Shown here: positions 23,188 through 36,500 of the stretch, in pieces | Position numbering within the stretch: the stretch's first letter is position 1 | Layout of the letters: every line of letters begins with the position of its first letter | From: Antedon mediterranea | Taxonomy: Eukaryota; Animalia; Echinodermata | Assembly (NCBI RefSeq): GCF_964355755.1 | Contig: NC_092673.1 | Coordinates: forward strand, 31,741,648 to 31,805,647 | Length of the DNA: 64,000 nucleotides | Direction of reading: 5' to 3' | Notes under the pieces: model-generated | Seen by the model: only the letters and a program-made list of their open reading frames with translations | Databases searched by the model: none | What the model was told of the DNA's origin: nothing | Translations under genes and position numbers: made by a program

Positions 23188-26100
23188 ATAAATATTTTAT
23201 ATATAATTTTTATTTTCATTTATCATATCTTTATATTCTCAATTTTGTCCAAGTATTCTCACTTGCACAGATAAAGTGCTAGTGTTGCCAATAGCTCTGC
23301 TAATTGATAATTTTTTAGCTTTTTGCTTACTTTAGTTTGTATCTCCATTGAGATCCACAGCATTGTCATTTTTTTCAGTAATTTGCCTTTTATATATAGT
23401 GTATATATATATTTCTTTGAAGATGCCTCCATAAGGAAATTCATGGTGTCAATTGAAGTTTTATATTAAATATTTTAAAGTAGTTAATTTTGATAATTGT
23501 TCATTTGTATATGGCCTTTTTGTCATATACAGTATAAGTATTACACTCTCTTGCTGTTTATACGTTTGATAGCTTTTTGATACTTTATTTCTGTTTGGGA
23601 ATGTTAAATATCCAGTATCGACGAAAATATATTAATTAAATTTGATTTTTTAATAATTAAAGTAAAGACATCTTTTATTTTAATGTCTCTTATTGTATAT
23701 TTGAAGAATTTTTTCGCTTTTCATTTTAGATTCTTCATAAAAAAAGTGAGAAATCTGGATCACAACATTTCCCACTGTAGAATTTGAATGCTTTAGCATT
23801 TAATTCGCTCACTAGCATTCACAGTGTAACAGTGTACCAATATTTGAATGTGTAGTTTTGAATGCTAGACCACGCCCACTAAAAAAGCTCAATAACACAT
23901 TCATCTACTAGCATTCGAATGCTAGGCTAGCATTCGAATGCTAGCCTAGCATTCCCCTACTAGCATTCGAATGCTAGGCTAAGCCTTCCAGATTTAGCAT
24001 TCGAATGCTAGTATAGCATTCAACTAGTAGCATTCGAATGCTACTTTTAGCATTCGAATGCTAGTGCTACCATTCATGCTTAGCTCATTTACATAATTCG
24101 GCTCCCTGGAAGGCTTAGCGAAGGCTTAGTGAATGCTAAGAAGCATTCGAAGGAAGGCTTAGCGAAGGCTTAGCGAAGGCTTAGTGAATGCTAAGAAGCA
24201 TTCGAATGCTAAATTCAGTCATTGAATGCTTATATACCACTAGTATTCGAATGCTAAGTATTAGCCCTTCGAATGCCAATAATAGCATTCCAGGAGTAGC
24301 ATTCGAATGCTTTGTGAATGGTAAGCGAAGGCATTCAGCTTTGGTAAGGGTACTTTCTTCGGATTCTATTTTTCTTTGTTCCCGTTTTTCAAGACGCTTT
24401 TCCTTATCCTTCAGTCGCAAACACTCTCTACGATACATGAAAGTCATAAAGTTTTTCCTTTGCTTTTTAGATTTGATAGAAGCAAAATGTTCTAAATCTG
24501 CATCACTGATTTGTTGTGGGACTTGTCTGCCTGAAAGCCTCATTTCTTCTATTAACTCTCTTGCCTCTTCAAGTCCTCTATCATAAGACGTTTCTTTACT
24601 AGATTCATTTGTAATAGAACAGTAATATCTTGATTGATAGATATGTTTCTTTTTAATTGTTCTTACCAATTTCAAGAGGTGATACATTTCTATCTGTGAA
24701 TTTAACGCAAAAATAATTATTGAATAACCATGGTAACCAATCAATGGCAATTCCAACTTTCATTATGCACAGACAGTTTAGTCATGAAAAGGGCAACTTC
24801 TTAATAAAACAAAGCCTAGGTACACTAAGCTATCGCCCCGTAAAATTTTATGATATAAAATTTTATCAAGTATATGCTAAAATATTGATTAGGTTTATTC
24901 AGAAACTGAAGACCGCCCTCTGTGATAAGTGATGTTTTGTAGCGTTGAACATATTGCGGAAGTTTTAACCCATTTAAATTTGTTTCTGGAAAGAAATATA
25001 GGCTATGTATATAACACTTAACATGTACTTGATATCATTTTAAATCATACAAGCCTACCGGGCCATACCAGGCGTAGATTAGTAGTATGAACACTATGTA
25101 TTCAGGCCTAGGCTAGGCCTACTTAGAATGGGCTTACTTCTCAACTAACCTCCTGCTTAACTCTACCACTACTGTCACTCTAGTAGTACTATAGTAGGTA
25201 AGCAGGCCTGGTGTCGCGGCCTGGTCACTACGAGTAGGCCTACTAGCTTCGCCTTATTGTATTTGTAGGGGGTGTGTCGAAAGCGAAGACCCTACAAAAT
25301 GGTAGTGTGCACAAAATTCGACCAAAATCATACAAAATCGTGATAACACCTTGAATTTACAGATTCTAAAAAAATATTTCGATTTTAATTGTTATGTTAT
25401 CAAAAAACATGACTTTATCTATGAAAACAAGCTCACGCGTTTTCACCAATGGAGTTAATATGTGATATGGTTTTACGAACAAACACATCGCGCTATTTGC
25501 AAGGCGACGGACCTTGCACAGAGCATTGAATTGAATGCAATATTAAATGTTACTTGTTGCGATAACTTTGTAGCACACGTCGCCTACAATTTAAAACCAT
25601 AGCCAATTGTTTATAAGTATAGAAATAAACTACATAAAAGTAAATTGTAAAAAGTAAAGGATGGCGGTAGGCTTTTTGAGGCTTATTTTAGAGCCTATAT
25701 AAAAAGTGTCCGTATTTTGATTTCATATGTTGCTATGTGTTTTTTATCTATAATATTTGCCTATTGTTTATTACTGTATCTAAATGTATAAATAAATACA
25801 ATATATAGATATTCATTTTCCTGTATTGTATTTAAACTTTTACATTTTCCCATTGTATACTATTGCTGTTTTACTTAATCGGCAGTTTCAAAATGTTTTG
25901 TAATGTATTCATAATAGACAAATAATATATCGGTATCAGAATATTTAGTGTGGTTGGTGAAACGACAGTACTATGTAAAGAAAAATTTAAAAAGTAAAAT
26001 AAATATTTCATTAACCAACGTATAAACCACTAACAAAAAAATCCTACCGCAACGTATCGTATCGATGCGCAACGTAAGAAAATATTCATCTATCTATTTT

Positions 26101-26569
26101 GCATCCCCTCCCGGTGTGTTGAACACGTCGATTCCCACTTGTGATGACACGCAATAAAGGTTATTTCCTTACGGCGCACTTTGCGTGGATACGTTGTGTC
26201 GATCTGAAAACCAATTTCAGCTCTTAAAATATTTCCCGGGCCGATGACAGTTCGTCCCAATAGCTTACCGTGAAGTAACGAAACTTTATTTTATATTTTT
26301 TTATTGTCAAAATCAAAAATTATACTGTATTCAAATTATGATTTGACAAAAGGCTAATAGAAGGAACAATAGGCATCACATTCTGAAGATTTTGCTCGAT
26401 CGTTAACCCGTTATAATAGTATATAATTCTCTTAGATTTGTTTGTGTATAGTGTCAATTCTATATTTAAATGGTCATTACACAACCGGTAACCTGTTTTT
26501 TTAATTTTGTTAAATTCATGGCAGGGATATGCAAACATTAGAAGCGGGACGTCGACAATCTGTTGAAAA

Positions 26570-28900
26570 TCGGGAGACTGTTGAATAGTCGTCTCATCCA
26601 CAAGTGAGATAGAAGGTTGGGGGTTAGAGTGGTTAAGCCCGATAAAAATTCACCATCACTTAATAAAGATGTATAGAGAGTAACTCTTTTTGTATTCACC
26701 ACAGGCAATGCTTCAGAAGTCAGTTTCTTTTTTTGTTTACTTTGATGATGAGGACAATTGTGGTTGGCGGAAATGGAACTTCATTAAACATGTCTTTTGA
26801 CAGTGTCAGTAAACGTAATACCGATATGAAAAAACACCCGTTTTAATATCGTCACTTATCACATTGCAACCGTAAACAAAATCGACAACTTGTAATTTTG
26901 GAGCGAATATTTTTTATTTCAATCTTTGTTTTGTATGGCTTTTGTCTTTGTTAACGTTGAAATAATGGCGTGGTTCCCACTAGCAACGCAACGCAAGGAC
27001 ATAACGCAACGCAAGTGAATTGACCAATCACAAGCGATGGCTTATTCGCTTGTGATTGCTAACAGGGGTGGCGCCAGGATCTTCCCGACGCGGGGGCTAC
27101 ATTCCCCGACGAGGGGGCTATGCGAGCGAAGCGAGCATCACTAGGCTGGGGGCCGCCAAGGGCCCCCGGCGGGGGTCCAGGGGGCGAAGCCCCCGGAAGC
27201 AACGCGTTCTAGCGTCATTTGAGGTCATTTTAATCAGATTTAGGGTAGCCATTTTTTCCATTTTTTATAATGCATAAATAAAATACTGCGTGCAAAAAAA
27301 CGATGCGCGATGACTGTTTCAATCTATATTTTTCAATTTAAAAAATAAAAGTTCAAAGAAAATTTAGAAAAATAGAGTTTTGGAGGTCCCGGAAATTGAA
27401 CTTATTATACTTCAAAACATGAAACAAAATATATAAGTCCCTATCAAGGTTGTGACTGAGCTAAGAAATGTTTGAAAAATAGATGTTAGGTCCCGGAAAA
27501 TGCACTTCTTGTACTTCGAAATATGACCAGCTTTATTATTGGGGCTGAGCTAAGAAACTGTTTAAAACTAGAGCTGCAGGTCTTCAAAAAATTGCATTTT
27601 ATACTTCGGAAAAATCAGGCCTAGAGGCTTAAAAAAAGCAAGCGTAGACCTTTTTCAGTCGGGGAAATAAGTTTATTCCTCCCAAGTGTATGAGTGCGTA
27701 CCATCTGGACTCCCGAGTGGTGAGAAATTCATGACATACAGGACATTGAAAATGTAATAACTTAGCTATAATAAGATGTTGGCTAAGCGAAAATGGCATG
27801 TTTTTTTGTTTAGTAATGGATGAAAAATTTATTTTAGGTGCCCCGGCCCACGGTACAGAAGGTTACTTGTAAATTTAAAAAATTGGTGAACATACGAACA
27901 ATTAACATAATTCGTTTTTGCTGTAGTGTAGCGTACGTCGACGCAGTACACGATGTAACCGTCAGTAAACTTCGCCTGGAAAATAACTACAGTACACATT
28001 TTGGTCCCTGGATGGAACATGATATCACGCGTCTCGACCCAACGTTGAACGATTCGTACAAAGGGATACCGCCAGACAAGTGCGAACCTAGCTATTGTTT
28101 AGTAGTAAGTTAGATCGCTGGCAATAATGAATGCATATAAAGTGCATAATATCACTCTGACGTACTCTCACGGTCATTGAAACGTCGCGGTTTTCTAGGC
28201 GCTGAAGCTAGCTACGAAGTGAACGCGAACGCTTTTTACTGTATATTATATTCCCCGACAAAAAGTACCCGTGTTCCCTTCGGTAACCGTCGGTAAACTT
28301 CGCCTAGAAAATAACTACATTACACATTTTGGTCCCTGGATGGAACTTGATATCACGCGTCTCGACCCAACGTTGAACGATTCGTACTGAGGGATACCGC
28401 CAGACAAGTGCGTACCTAGCTAATGTTTAGTAGTAAGTTAGATCGCTGGCAATAAATGAATGCATAAAAGTGCATAATAGCCCTCTGACGTACTCTCACG
28501 GTCAATGGAACGTCGTGGTTTTCTAGGCGCTGAAGCTATATGAAGTGAACGCGAAAGTTTTTTACTGTATATTATATTCCCCGACAAAAAGTACCCGTGT
28601 TCCCCGACGGGGGGGCTAGGCTCCCCGACGAGGGGGCTAGAGCCCCCGTAGCCCCCCCGCTGGCGCCACCACTGATTGCTAACTGTCATTGGTTAGTTCC
28701 GCCAACCACAATTGTCCTCACCATCAAACGGTAAAAAAAAAGAAACTGACTTTTGTTTTCAAGCATTGCCCGTGGTAAATACAAAAAGAGATACTCTCTA
28801 TAAAGTGATGGTGAATTTTTATCGGGCTTAACCACTCTAACCCCCCACCTCCTATCTCACAGGCTTGTGGATGAGATGACTATTCAACAGTCTCTCCCGA
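26570..28900. repeat. Inner ~200-bp inverted repeat pair (26570-26772 / 28697-28900)
   Basis: GACTGTTGAATAGTC..GTGGTTGGCGGAA versus TTCCGCCAACCAC..GACTATTCAACAGTC. Confidence 0.8.
27063..28674. mobile_element. hAT MITE
   Basis: TIR CAG(G/T)GGTGGCGCCAG with 8-bp TSD ATTGCTAA (27055-62, 28675-82). Internal ~325-bp tandem duplication (27956-28280 / 28283-28603). Confidence 0.92.
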
Positions 28901-29559
28901 CTTATTATAGATAATAAACATATATCAACATATTTAAATGCAAAAAAAAAAGGATCTCTAAGTTGTATTCACGCGTATAACTTTTTTAAAAACAAGTGTA
29001 AAATCTATGATACGGACACTTTTTATATAGGCTCTAAAATTAGCCTAAATAGGCCTATCGCAATCCTTTACTTCTTACAATTTACTTACTGCTGTAGTTT
29101 ATTTCTATACTTTTCTATACAATTGGCTATGTGACATAAAGTTATCGGAACCGTAGTAATACTGTATTAATTCGCCGTGGCTAAAGATACGGTACCGTAT
29201 TCTAACTTCTGTTTACTAAAGGTACGGTAAAATTGCATTACGTCATAACCAGCCAATGGGGTGCTGGTACGTGTGTGACGTCATCGTATAAGGACTTTGT
29301 GGATTTTTTTCATATCGCGAAAACAGTGTGATCAACCGCATTTTCTTGATGCTTTATTTATCGCTATTATCGCCGTCGTGTGTGACAAAAACTAAATGTA
29401 GCCTACGTCTGTTATTATTATTGAAAAGCCAAAACATGTTGATTTTAATTCTAGAATACAGAAAACCGTTTCAAAAGAGGCCTAGGCCTACTTATTACGT
29501 ACTATAACCTCATTATATGAGTTTAATTGTTTGTGTAGAGAGGGAAAGCGATGCCAGGC

Positions 29560-32500
29560 GGTGTACATCGTGTTCGGCCGCAAACGGTTTCGGCCGCAAT
29601 GTTTTGAATGCCCATATAAGGCGTTAAGATTGTTAAGATTGTATATAATAAAATAATTTTCATTTTTCTCTATCTGTGATGAATCTAACTGTATCTGAAA
29701 AGAAATCGTAATATTATATACAATAATACAAATGTAGAGAAAAATCGGTAAAGCAATGCACCCCTATTTTTTTAATGGAATAAGCCACGGAGATCGCTAA
29801 TCTAAACAATGCATTTAATATAAACAATGCAAGCAAGCCTGGCGTTCCATACTAAATACATGCGGCCGAACACGACGGTGTACATCGTGTTCGGCCGCAA
29901 ACGGTTTCGGCCGCAATGTTTTGAATGCCCATATAAGGCGCTATGTATGGAGCGCCAACCATGCATCAACTTCAGTTTGTTCTGCTGGTCTTTTCATTGG
30001 GTTATTCCATTCAAAAAATGTGGGTGCATTCTATTCTAACGTGATCGATCGAAATTGACCGACATAAAATGTACGGCGTATTATATTACTTTCTGTGATA
30101 TAAGTATTATTTAGAATGCTGTGGTGTGGATATATATACGTTTATTATTATTATAATAATAATTTTAAACGGGCAATAAACTTGTACTTGTGTCTTGTAC
30201 ATTTACTCTTGCAGGCCTAATGTGTTCTAATAAAAACAGAAATGACCATTAAATCAGTTAATAATACATTAAGTATTTTAAAACTCTGGTTATATAGGCC
30301 TAATTGTATGTCTAATAATATTGTATATTATCAACAATACTTAAATAAGCCTATGCCTTCGTAAGAAAATAGGAGGAACAAAATAACATTACAGTATTTC
30401 GAAATTCCTTTTTTATAGCGATTTTTGGAAAAATTAATATTTAGTAAGGCTTGAATTATTTCAGGATTATACAGTTCCACATTAAAACCTACCAACATTG
30501 GATTGCGAAAACTCTGAAAAGGCTACTACTGCTATTGTTTTAAAACAATGAGGGAGTGTCTTGAATTCCATCTTAGACAATGAAGGTGGTGTAGCATGGT
30601 TGTTTTTTATTAACATAACAATGAAATGTGTTACGTTTCGTGTCTTCAATTTGTTGAAGTGTTATTAACAGCAAAGTTAAATATAAAAATAATGGTGAAT
30701 TATTTTATGTTTTTAATAATTGGAGGGAAGCTAGCTTGCTTGTTGTATGTGATTAATGGAGATGTTGATATTAATGTTACATTTTATTATGTTATTTATC
30801 CAATATTTACTATTTTTATAAATTGTCACGATTGTTGTAATTCAGTTTGTTAACTGCAAGAACAATTTAAATAAATAAACCTTGCTTATTATTGTTGTTG
30901 CGTCCGTTTTCACTTACGTTTCTTTTCTTACGTTATGTTAATATAATATGTTCTTTATTGGTTTTATATTTATTTTACTCTGTACAGTATTTGTAAAAAT
31001 AAATGTTAATAAATTGAGGTATACATTACAAATTATAACTTATAGAAGTGCATATCCTTAAATTAATCTAATGACAGTACTGTATATAACTTGCATTCCT
31101 TTCAGTCTTAAATATAATCGTTGGGGCACATTTTCCGACCGGTACAAAAATGAAAACATTTCATTTTCTTATGTCATTATTTATAATTCAATCTTTATAT
31201 AAGAAAAAAGAAAGCATGATTTTATGTTCAATATCACAAAATACACATTAAATCTCATTTGATTTATAAATAACATTTTGTTGTACTTAGTTAATAATAA
31301 AACGTCAGATATTTAAGGTAAGGTAAGTGATCTAAGTATAACATCGAAACTTTGCTGTATAATGTCTAATTTCATAACGTGATTCACTAGTTATTACAAA
31401 AGTTAGTAAAAAGACTTAAAAAAAAAACAGTTGTTTGTTTGATTTCATCGTAGTGTTACATGAAAAAGGAAATTTTGTAAATATATAATTTTGTGTGTTT
31501 TCGCTTCCATCGTTATTCATTTTGGTTTGATTTATTACAGTTAGGCCTCTAAAGTTAAAGTTTAAAAGTATAGTCACCTACAAAAAGCGCATGATGACAC
31601 AAGCGCAGTCGGTTACTTGCAAGAAATTTGGCTAAACAATGACCATTATTTATTAATAACGCTTTTAAGTTAGGCGTTTACCGTCACACAATACACACAC
31701 ACAAAATTCGGTACATTTTAAGGATTCTTTTTTTGTAATCGGTAAAACAATAACCGGAGCATGGAGGTCAATGACCGGAGTGCGCGCATCTTTATAAGAG
31801 AACCTCATTTTAGGGAATATTACTTATTTCTGAATTGCCATCTGAATTGTTAACTACACTTTTACTGATTATCTACGAACCATGAACGATTGTATTTGAA
31901 TGTCGCGAACCCGTAACGGAACAGCAAGAAGGACCGTTTTGCGAAGAGTGTCAGAGATGGCAACATCGTCGGTGTGACTCAGGAGTGAAAAGAGGAGCAG
32001 CGTACAGGTTAGCCGTCGAAGAGGGTTTTATTGATTGGACATGTAGAGACTGTGCTCCAGAAAACAACGTCCAACCGGTGCCGCAACTAGAGATTTTTGC
32101 AGCCGACCTTGGAGACTTTTTGGAACCAATCGTTCATAGAAGAAGAGGTACTGAATCTTTACCCTGAACCGCAACCAATACAAGAGATGCCTGCTGTTGA
32201 TGATGACATCGTTACTTATCGGCGATTAGCAGGAACAACAAAACGTGGGAATGTAAGTTCTTAAAATATTTATAATCTATTCTTTGTAAATTTTTTTTTT
32301 ATTATCGCATTTTCTTGTGAAAACCAACTTAACCTTCTGTTGTTTCAGGACTCGCTTGTAGACAGTCATGGGTACCAATATACAGAGAAGATTGATAAAA
32401 GACGGGCAAATACAACATGGAGATGTTTTCTCAGAAACAAGAATGTGACGTGCAAAGCAACAGTGTTGGAGAAGAATGGAGTTGAAACATTGTGGGACGA

Positions 32501-33334
32501 GTACCGCGAGGGCCAACGTAGTGTACGTTCTCAAATGCTTGCCGCGAGTAAACTTATCACTCGTGATGCTCGCGTTGAATAGTGCTAATGTTATGTATGT
32601 TAGTTAAATTAGTTAACAAATTAGTAAAAATCGTATGTTAGTAATAAACATTAAATATAATTTTTAAATATTTGCAAAATACGTTAGTTAAGAACTTTTG
32701 TAAAATAACATGTTATTGCTAGAAATAAAGTCAATTTTAATGTATGTAAAGAAGTAAGATATTAGTAAAAATCGTATGTTAGTAATAAACATTAAAAAAG
32801 ATATTGTTTCATTGTTACATTTTAAACTATTTGCAAACTATATTACTTATTAGTTAAGTAGTTTTGTAATATAACATGTTATTACTAGTAATAAAGTCAA
32901 TTTTAATGCATGCTAGTGGTTAGGCCTATATATGAAAAAAACAATTATAAATATAAATGTTATATTATATGTTTATTTATAAAATATGGTAGTTAAGTTA
33001 ATTCGTTTGTAAATTCTCAAACTTATAACATGTCTAAATAAAAATACAGGAATTGATAATAAATGTGTTAAGATTGTATATAATAAAATAATTTTCATTT
33101 TTCTCTATCTGTGATGAATCTAACTGTATCTGAAAAGAAATCGTAATATTCTATACAATAATACAAATGTAGAGAAAAATCGGTAAAGCAATGCACCCCT
33201 ATTTTTTTAATGGAATAAGCCACGGAGATCGCTAATCTAAACAATGCATTTAATATAAACAATGCAAGCAAGCCTGGCGTTCCATACTAAATACATGCAG
33301 CCGAACTCGTTGGCGGCCGAACAAGACGGTATTC
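29560..33334 (+). mobile_element. Internally deleted MULE-like element preceded by a tandem mini-copy
   Basis: Ends GGTGTACATCGTGTTCGGCCGC / GCGGCCGAACAAGACGGTATTC, flanked by direct repeat TGCCAGGC (29552-59, 33335-42). 29560-29623 recurs at 29878-29940, and 29632-29872 recurs at 33068-33305. Confidence 0.75.
31882..32582 (+). pseudogene. PHD-finger + FLYWCH-like MULE transposase remnant, catalytic core deleted
   Basis: C..C(REPV)..CEECQRWQHRRC..WTCRDC, then an intron, then LVDSHGYQY..TTWRCFLRNKNVTCKATV fused to the C-terminal LWDEYREGQRS. Frameshifts and stops are present. Confidence 0.7.
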
Positions 33335-33518
33335 TGCCAGGCTGGGGCCAGCTACATGTGTGCGCTGATTTCTGTGACTCGTCAGCCCTGGGACTACTGT
33401 CTAAATCATAGTATTTGAGGGCCCCTTTATTGTCCGCATTTGCTTGTTGTTTATGGTCACCATTGTACAAACAAAGTTTAATAAAAAATATAGGCCTAAA
33501 TAGGCCATTTGGAATAAA

Positions 33519-36500
33519 AATAAAACCCTCGTCTGCAGCGCACACACATCCACACAGCCTGGCGCCGCCGATAGGAATTCTACATATAATACAACAGACA
33601 CGATATGAAAAAAAATCCCAAGTCCTTATACAATGACGTCACACACGTACCAGCACCCCATTGGCTGAATATGACGTAATGCAATGTTACCGTACCTTTA
33701 GTAAACAGAAGTTAGAATACGGTACCGTATCTTTAGCCACGGCGGTATTAATTAATATTGCATTCAATTCAATGCTACAGTTACAGTATGTGCGATGTCC
33801 TTCTTGTGCGTCCGTCGCCTTGCAAATAACGCAATGTGTTTGTTCGTAAAACCATATCACATATTAACTCCATTGGCGAAAACGCGTAAGCTTGTTCATA
33901 GATAAAGTCATGTTTTTTGATAACATAACGATTAAAATCGAAATCTTTTTTTGGAATCTGTAAATTCAAGGTGTTATCACGATTTTGGTCGGATTTTGAG
34001 GACACTACCATTTTGTAGGGTCTTCACTTTCGAGGTCTTCGCTTTCGACACACCCTACCTACTATGACATGCATGCCTATATAACATGACACTTGATATC
34101 ATTTTAAATCATACAAGCCTACCGCCGACCGGGCCATACCAGGCGTAGATTAGTAGTATGAACGCTATGTATTCAGGCCTAGGCTAGGCCTACTTAGGAT
34201 GGGCTTACTTCTCAACCAACCTCCTGCTTAACTCTACCACTACTGTCACTCTAGTAGTACTAGTAGGTTAGGCAGGCCTGCCTGGTGTCGCGGCCTGGTC
34301 ACTACTACGAGTAGGCCTAGCTAGCTAGGACGGCCTAGCTTCGCCTTATTGTATTTGTAGGCCTCATTATAGAGTACCTAGATATACATCGACACTAACT
34401 TTCATACAGTAAAACAACTCACTTCTTTTTATTGTATGGATCAAATTGAAAATAAAAAAAAAGTTAAATTTAAAATACTGTTAATGACGCTCTGAATATA
34501 CCTCCAATACCATATTTTTATAGTAATTTCTGAGAATGATTCAAAATTAAAGATAAATATCGCATTTCCTTATTTTAGTAGTGCAAATATTGTTATAAGT
34601 TAGCATACCGTCGAAGAACCGAAGAAGGAAAACGAAGCGGTGGTGTTCCACCAGGCGGGCGGCCGGCTGCGATTTTTTTTTTCGTACATAAGTTGGGGAC
34701 CCTCTCATGAAACGTCACAAAATAAACATGAATAATTCATGATTAAATTTTCTTGTTCCGTGTGCACCCAAGCGTATAGCAACAAGAAGTGGTTACACAA
34801 GTGCGGTACGATTCTAGGCCTATCTCCGCTGTTGTTGCGGCGTGCGATTTCATAGAAGAATAGCGGCGTTTTGTGTGGATTGTCGAAATAATCAGCCTTT
34901 AGTTTATGGTGTTTTTAATATAATTTATTACTAAAGAATTACGTGTTAAAATTATAATTTCTATTAACATTATTAGGCCTAATTATTAGTCTCTAAACCC
35001 ATGTCTATTCTAGGCCTAGTAGTAGCTGTGTGGGTGTGTGTTACGTGTGTGTGTTAGGTATGACACAATCCGAGTAATAAGTCAGCAAAATTAAACAATA
35101 AACATTACACAAAAATACATTTTTTATTCTCGTGGGTCTAATCTTCCCATCTCATGTGTTCATATACGCGCATTTTTAAAGTTCCTGTAACTGCCCTAAA
35201 AATAATGCGAGTGATAGTCGTTATTCAAGTCCAACACCCAAGGTGCTCCTTTATTCCTGTTTCTTGAATGTGAACCAGATTACTAAAACAAAACATAACA
35301 ATGACCTATAAATGCATGTCTAGCAATATATGTGGCTCCTTAAGCGTCAAACTGAAAAGTTTTGTATTTAAGTTAAAACAAACAATATAAAAGACGATCC
35401 CTTAAACTAATTAAAAATGCAAAACCGTGTCGTCATAGCAACCGCTAACAAAATCCTTGCGGTTAACTCCTCCTTCCTCTACAACGACGCGACACCTACA
35501 TGCCATTGACATTGTATACGTAAATCAATTAAAATGATCACATGAACTATAAAGTTTTGCGAAGATTATTATAACTATAGTATCCAGGTGCTTAAAGGGG
35601 GGTTCCGGGTTTAAAATGAATAGTAAAAAATGTAAAATATATTTGTTTGTCTCTTGAACGGTAAAAGTTTCAATTTATATAAGCGCCCAGTGAAGCAGAA
35701 CGAAGGCTGTGAAATCAGGCCAGATTACAAGTGCAGCTACGGCAAAATCACACTGTGGTTACAAATTCGTGAAATGGTCCATCTTCCGACGACTCGTTAT
35801 CAAAAACCATATCAATTACTTTTGTAAAATTATACTTATCTGATGTAATTTTAGTCGGTCTTCCCATTTATAAAGTCAATTTTTTATGAAAATTCATCAA
35901 AACAGTGAAAAATTAGATATGTTTGCACTTTACGTTTGCCGATTTTCGCACCGACTTAGGAAAAAATCAAAATCAATGAAGCGTAACGTATACTGTACAT
36001 TCCTGCTGAGGCTCGAGCGAGACGAAAATACACGTGCTCTCTCTGCTGCCCATGCCTGGCATCGTCACGTGATAAGCAGATACAACAATACCAAACTGGT
36101 CGGGTCGAGTATACCCCGTCTATATAATCACAACATGAACGATGTACAGTATTTGATTGAAGGTCGACTTGACCTACCGGTATAGATAATATAGCTCGAA
36201 TTAGAGAGTTGGAATATTTGTGTAGTGCAGCCTATAGTAAAAGGCCTGGTAGTATCAATTCGCATAGGGTCTACTACACTAGCTAGCTCAATTTTTAACT
36301 GGGCCGGATCAGCTAGGTCTCCTTCCTACTACCTGGTCTACTTGCTTGATGCATGAGTATCCGCTTTTTTGGAGAGTAAACTAAGCCTATTTTATTTTAG
36401 GCCTACTTAGACGATCGGGACACCATACGTGTGGACGGCGATCGGACCTTGTTTTGCTTCAATATTTACAGCCGATTTTGTAGAACGTTTTAGGTTTAGA

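Larger units (their letters stand above)
21488..24350 (+). mobile_element. Non-autonomous CACTA/EnSpm-like element inserted in TRMT10C
   Basis: TIR CCCTTACCAAAG / CTTTGGTAAGGG with a 2-bp TA duplication (21486-87, 24351-52). Many subterminal AGCATTCGAATGCT palindromes at both ends. The superfamily is inferred. Confidence 0.85.
20741..24687 (-). pseudogene. TRMT10C: Mitochondrial RNase P protein 1 / tRNA methyltransferase 10C, disrupted
   Basis: N-terminus MYHLLKLVR..RLSGRQVPQQISD (24687-24351). Excising 21488..24350 restores the frame: ..ESEESKEYETPLANTLFLK..WKLSQGMKFGQNVVFDFCYDQYM. A 1-bp loss near 21310 then leads to GYVIHAN..FHIHF..IIYLSPDSPN..YVIGAFVD..LPIDYYLKW..KSLTLDQVIKIL (SPOUT/Trm10 domain). 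Confidence 0.9.
29173..33744. mobile_element. Mutator-type MITE carrying a nested MULE derivative
   Basis: TIRs of ~145 bp starting CGCCGTGGCTAAAGATACGGTACCGTAT, with a perfect 9-bp TSD GTATTAATT (29164-72, 33745-53). The right end is also present at 1..226. Confidence 0.92.
25270..34055. mobile_element. Long-TIR (~450 bp) foldback element, outer shell of a nested cluster
   Basis: GGGTGTGTCGAAAGCGAAGACC at 25270 and its inverse ending at 34055. The left arm 25270-25720 matches the right arm, which is split into 29003-29172 and 33754-34055. Confidence 0.8.

Noticed and set aside
21488-24350. Idea that the insertion is spliced out of TRMT10C as a new intron
   Set aside because: The nearest GT/AG pairs at the ends give immediate stops, and a separate frameshift lies downstream.
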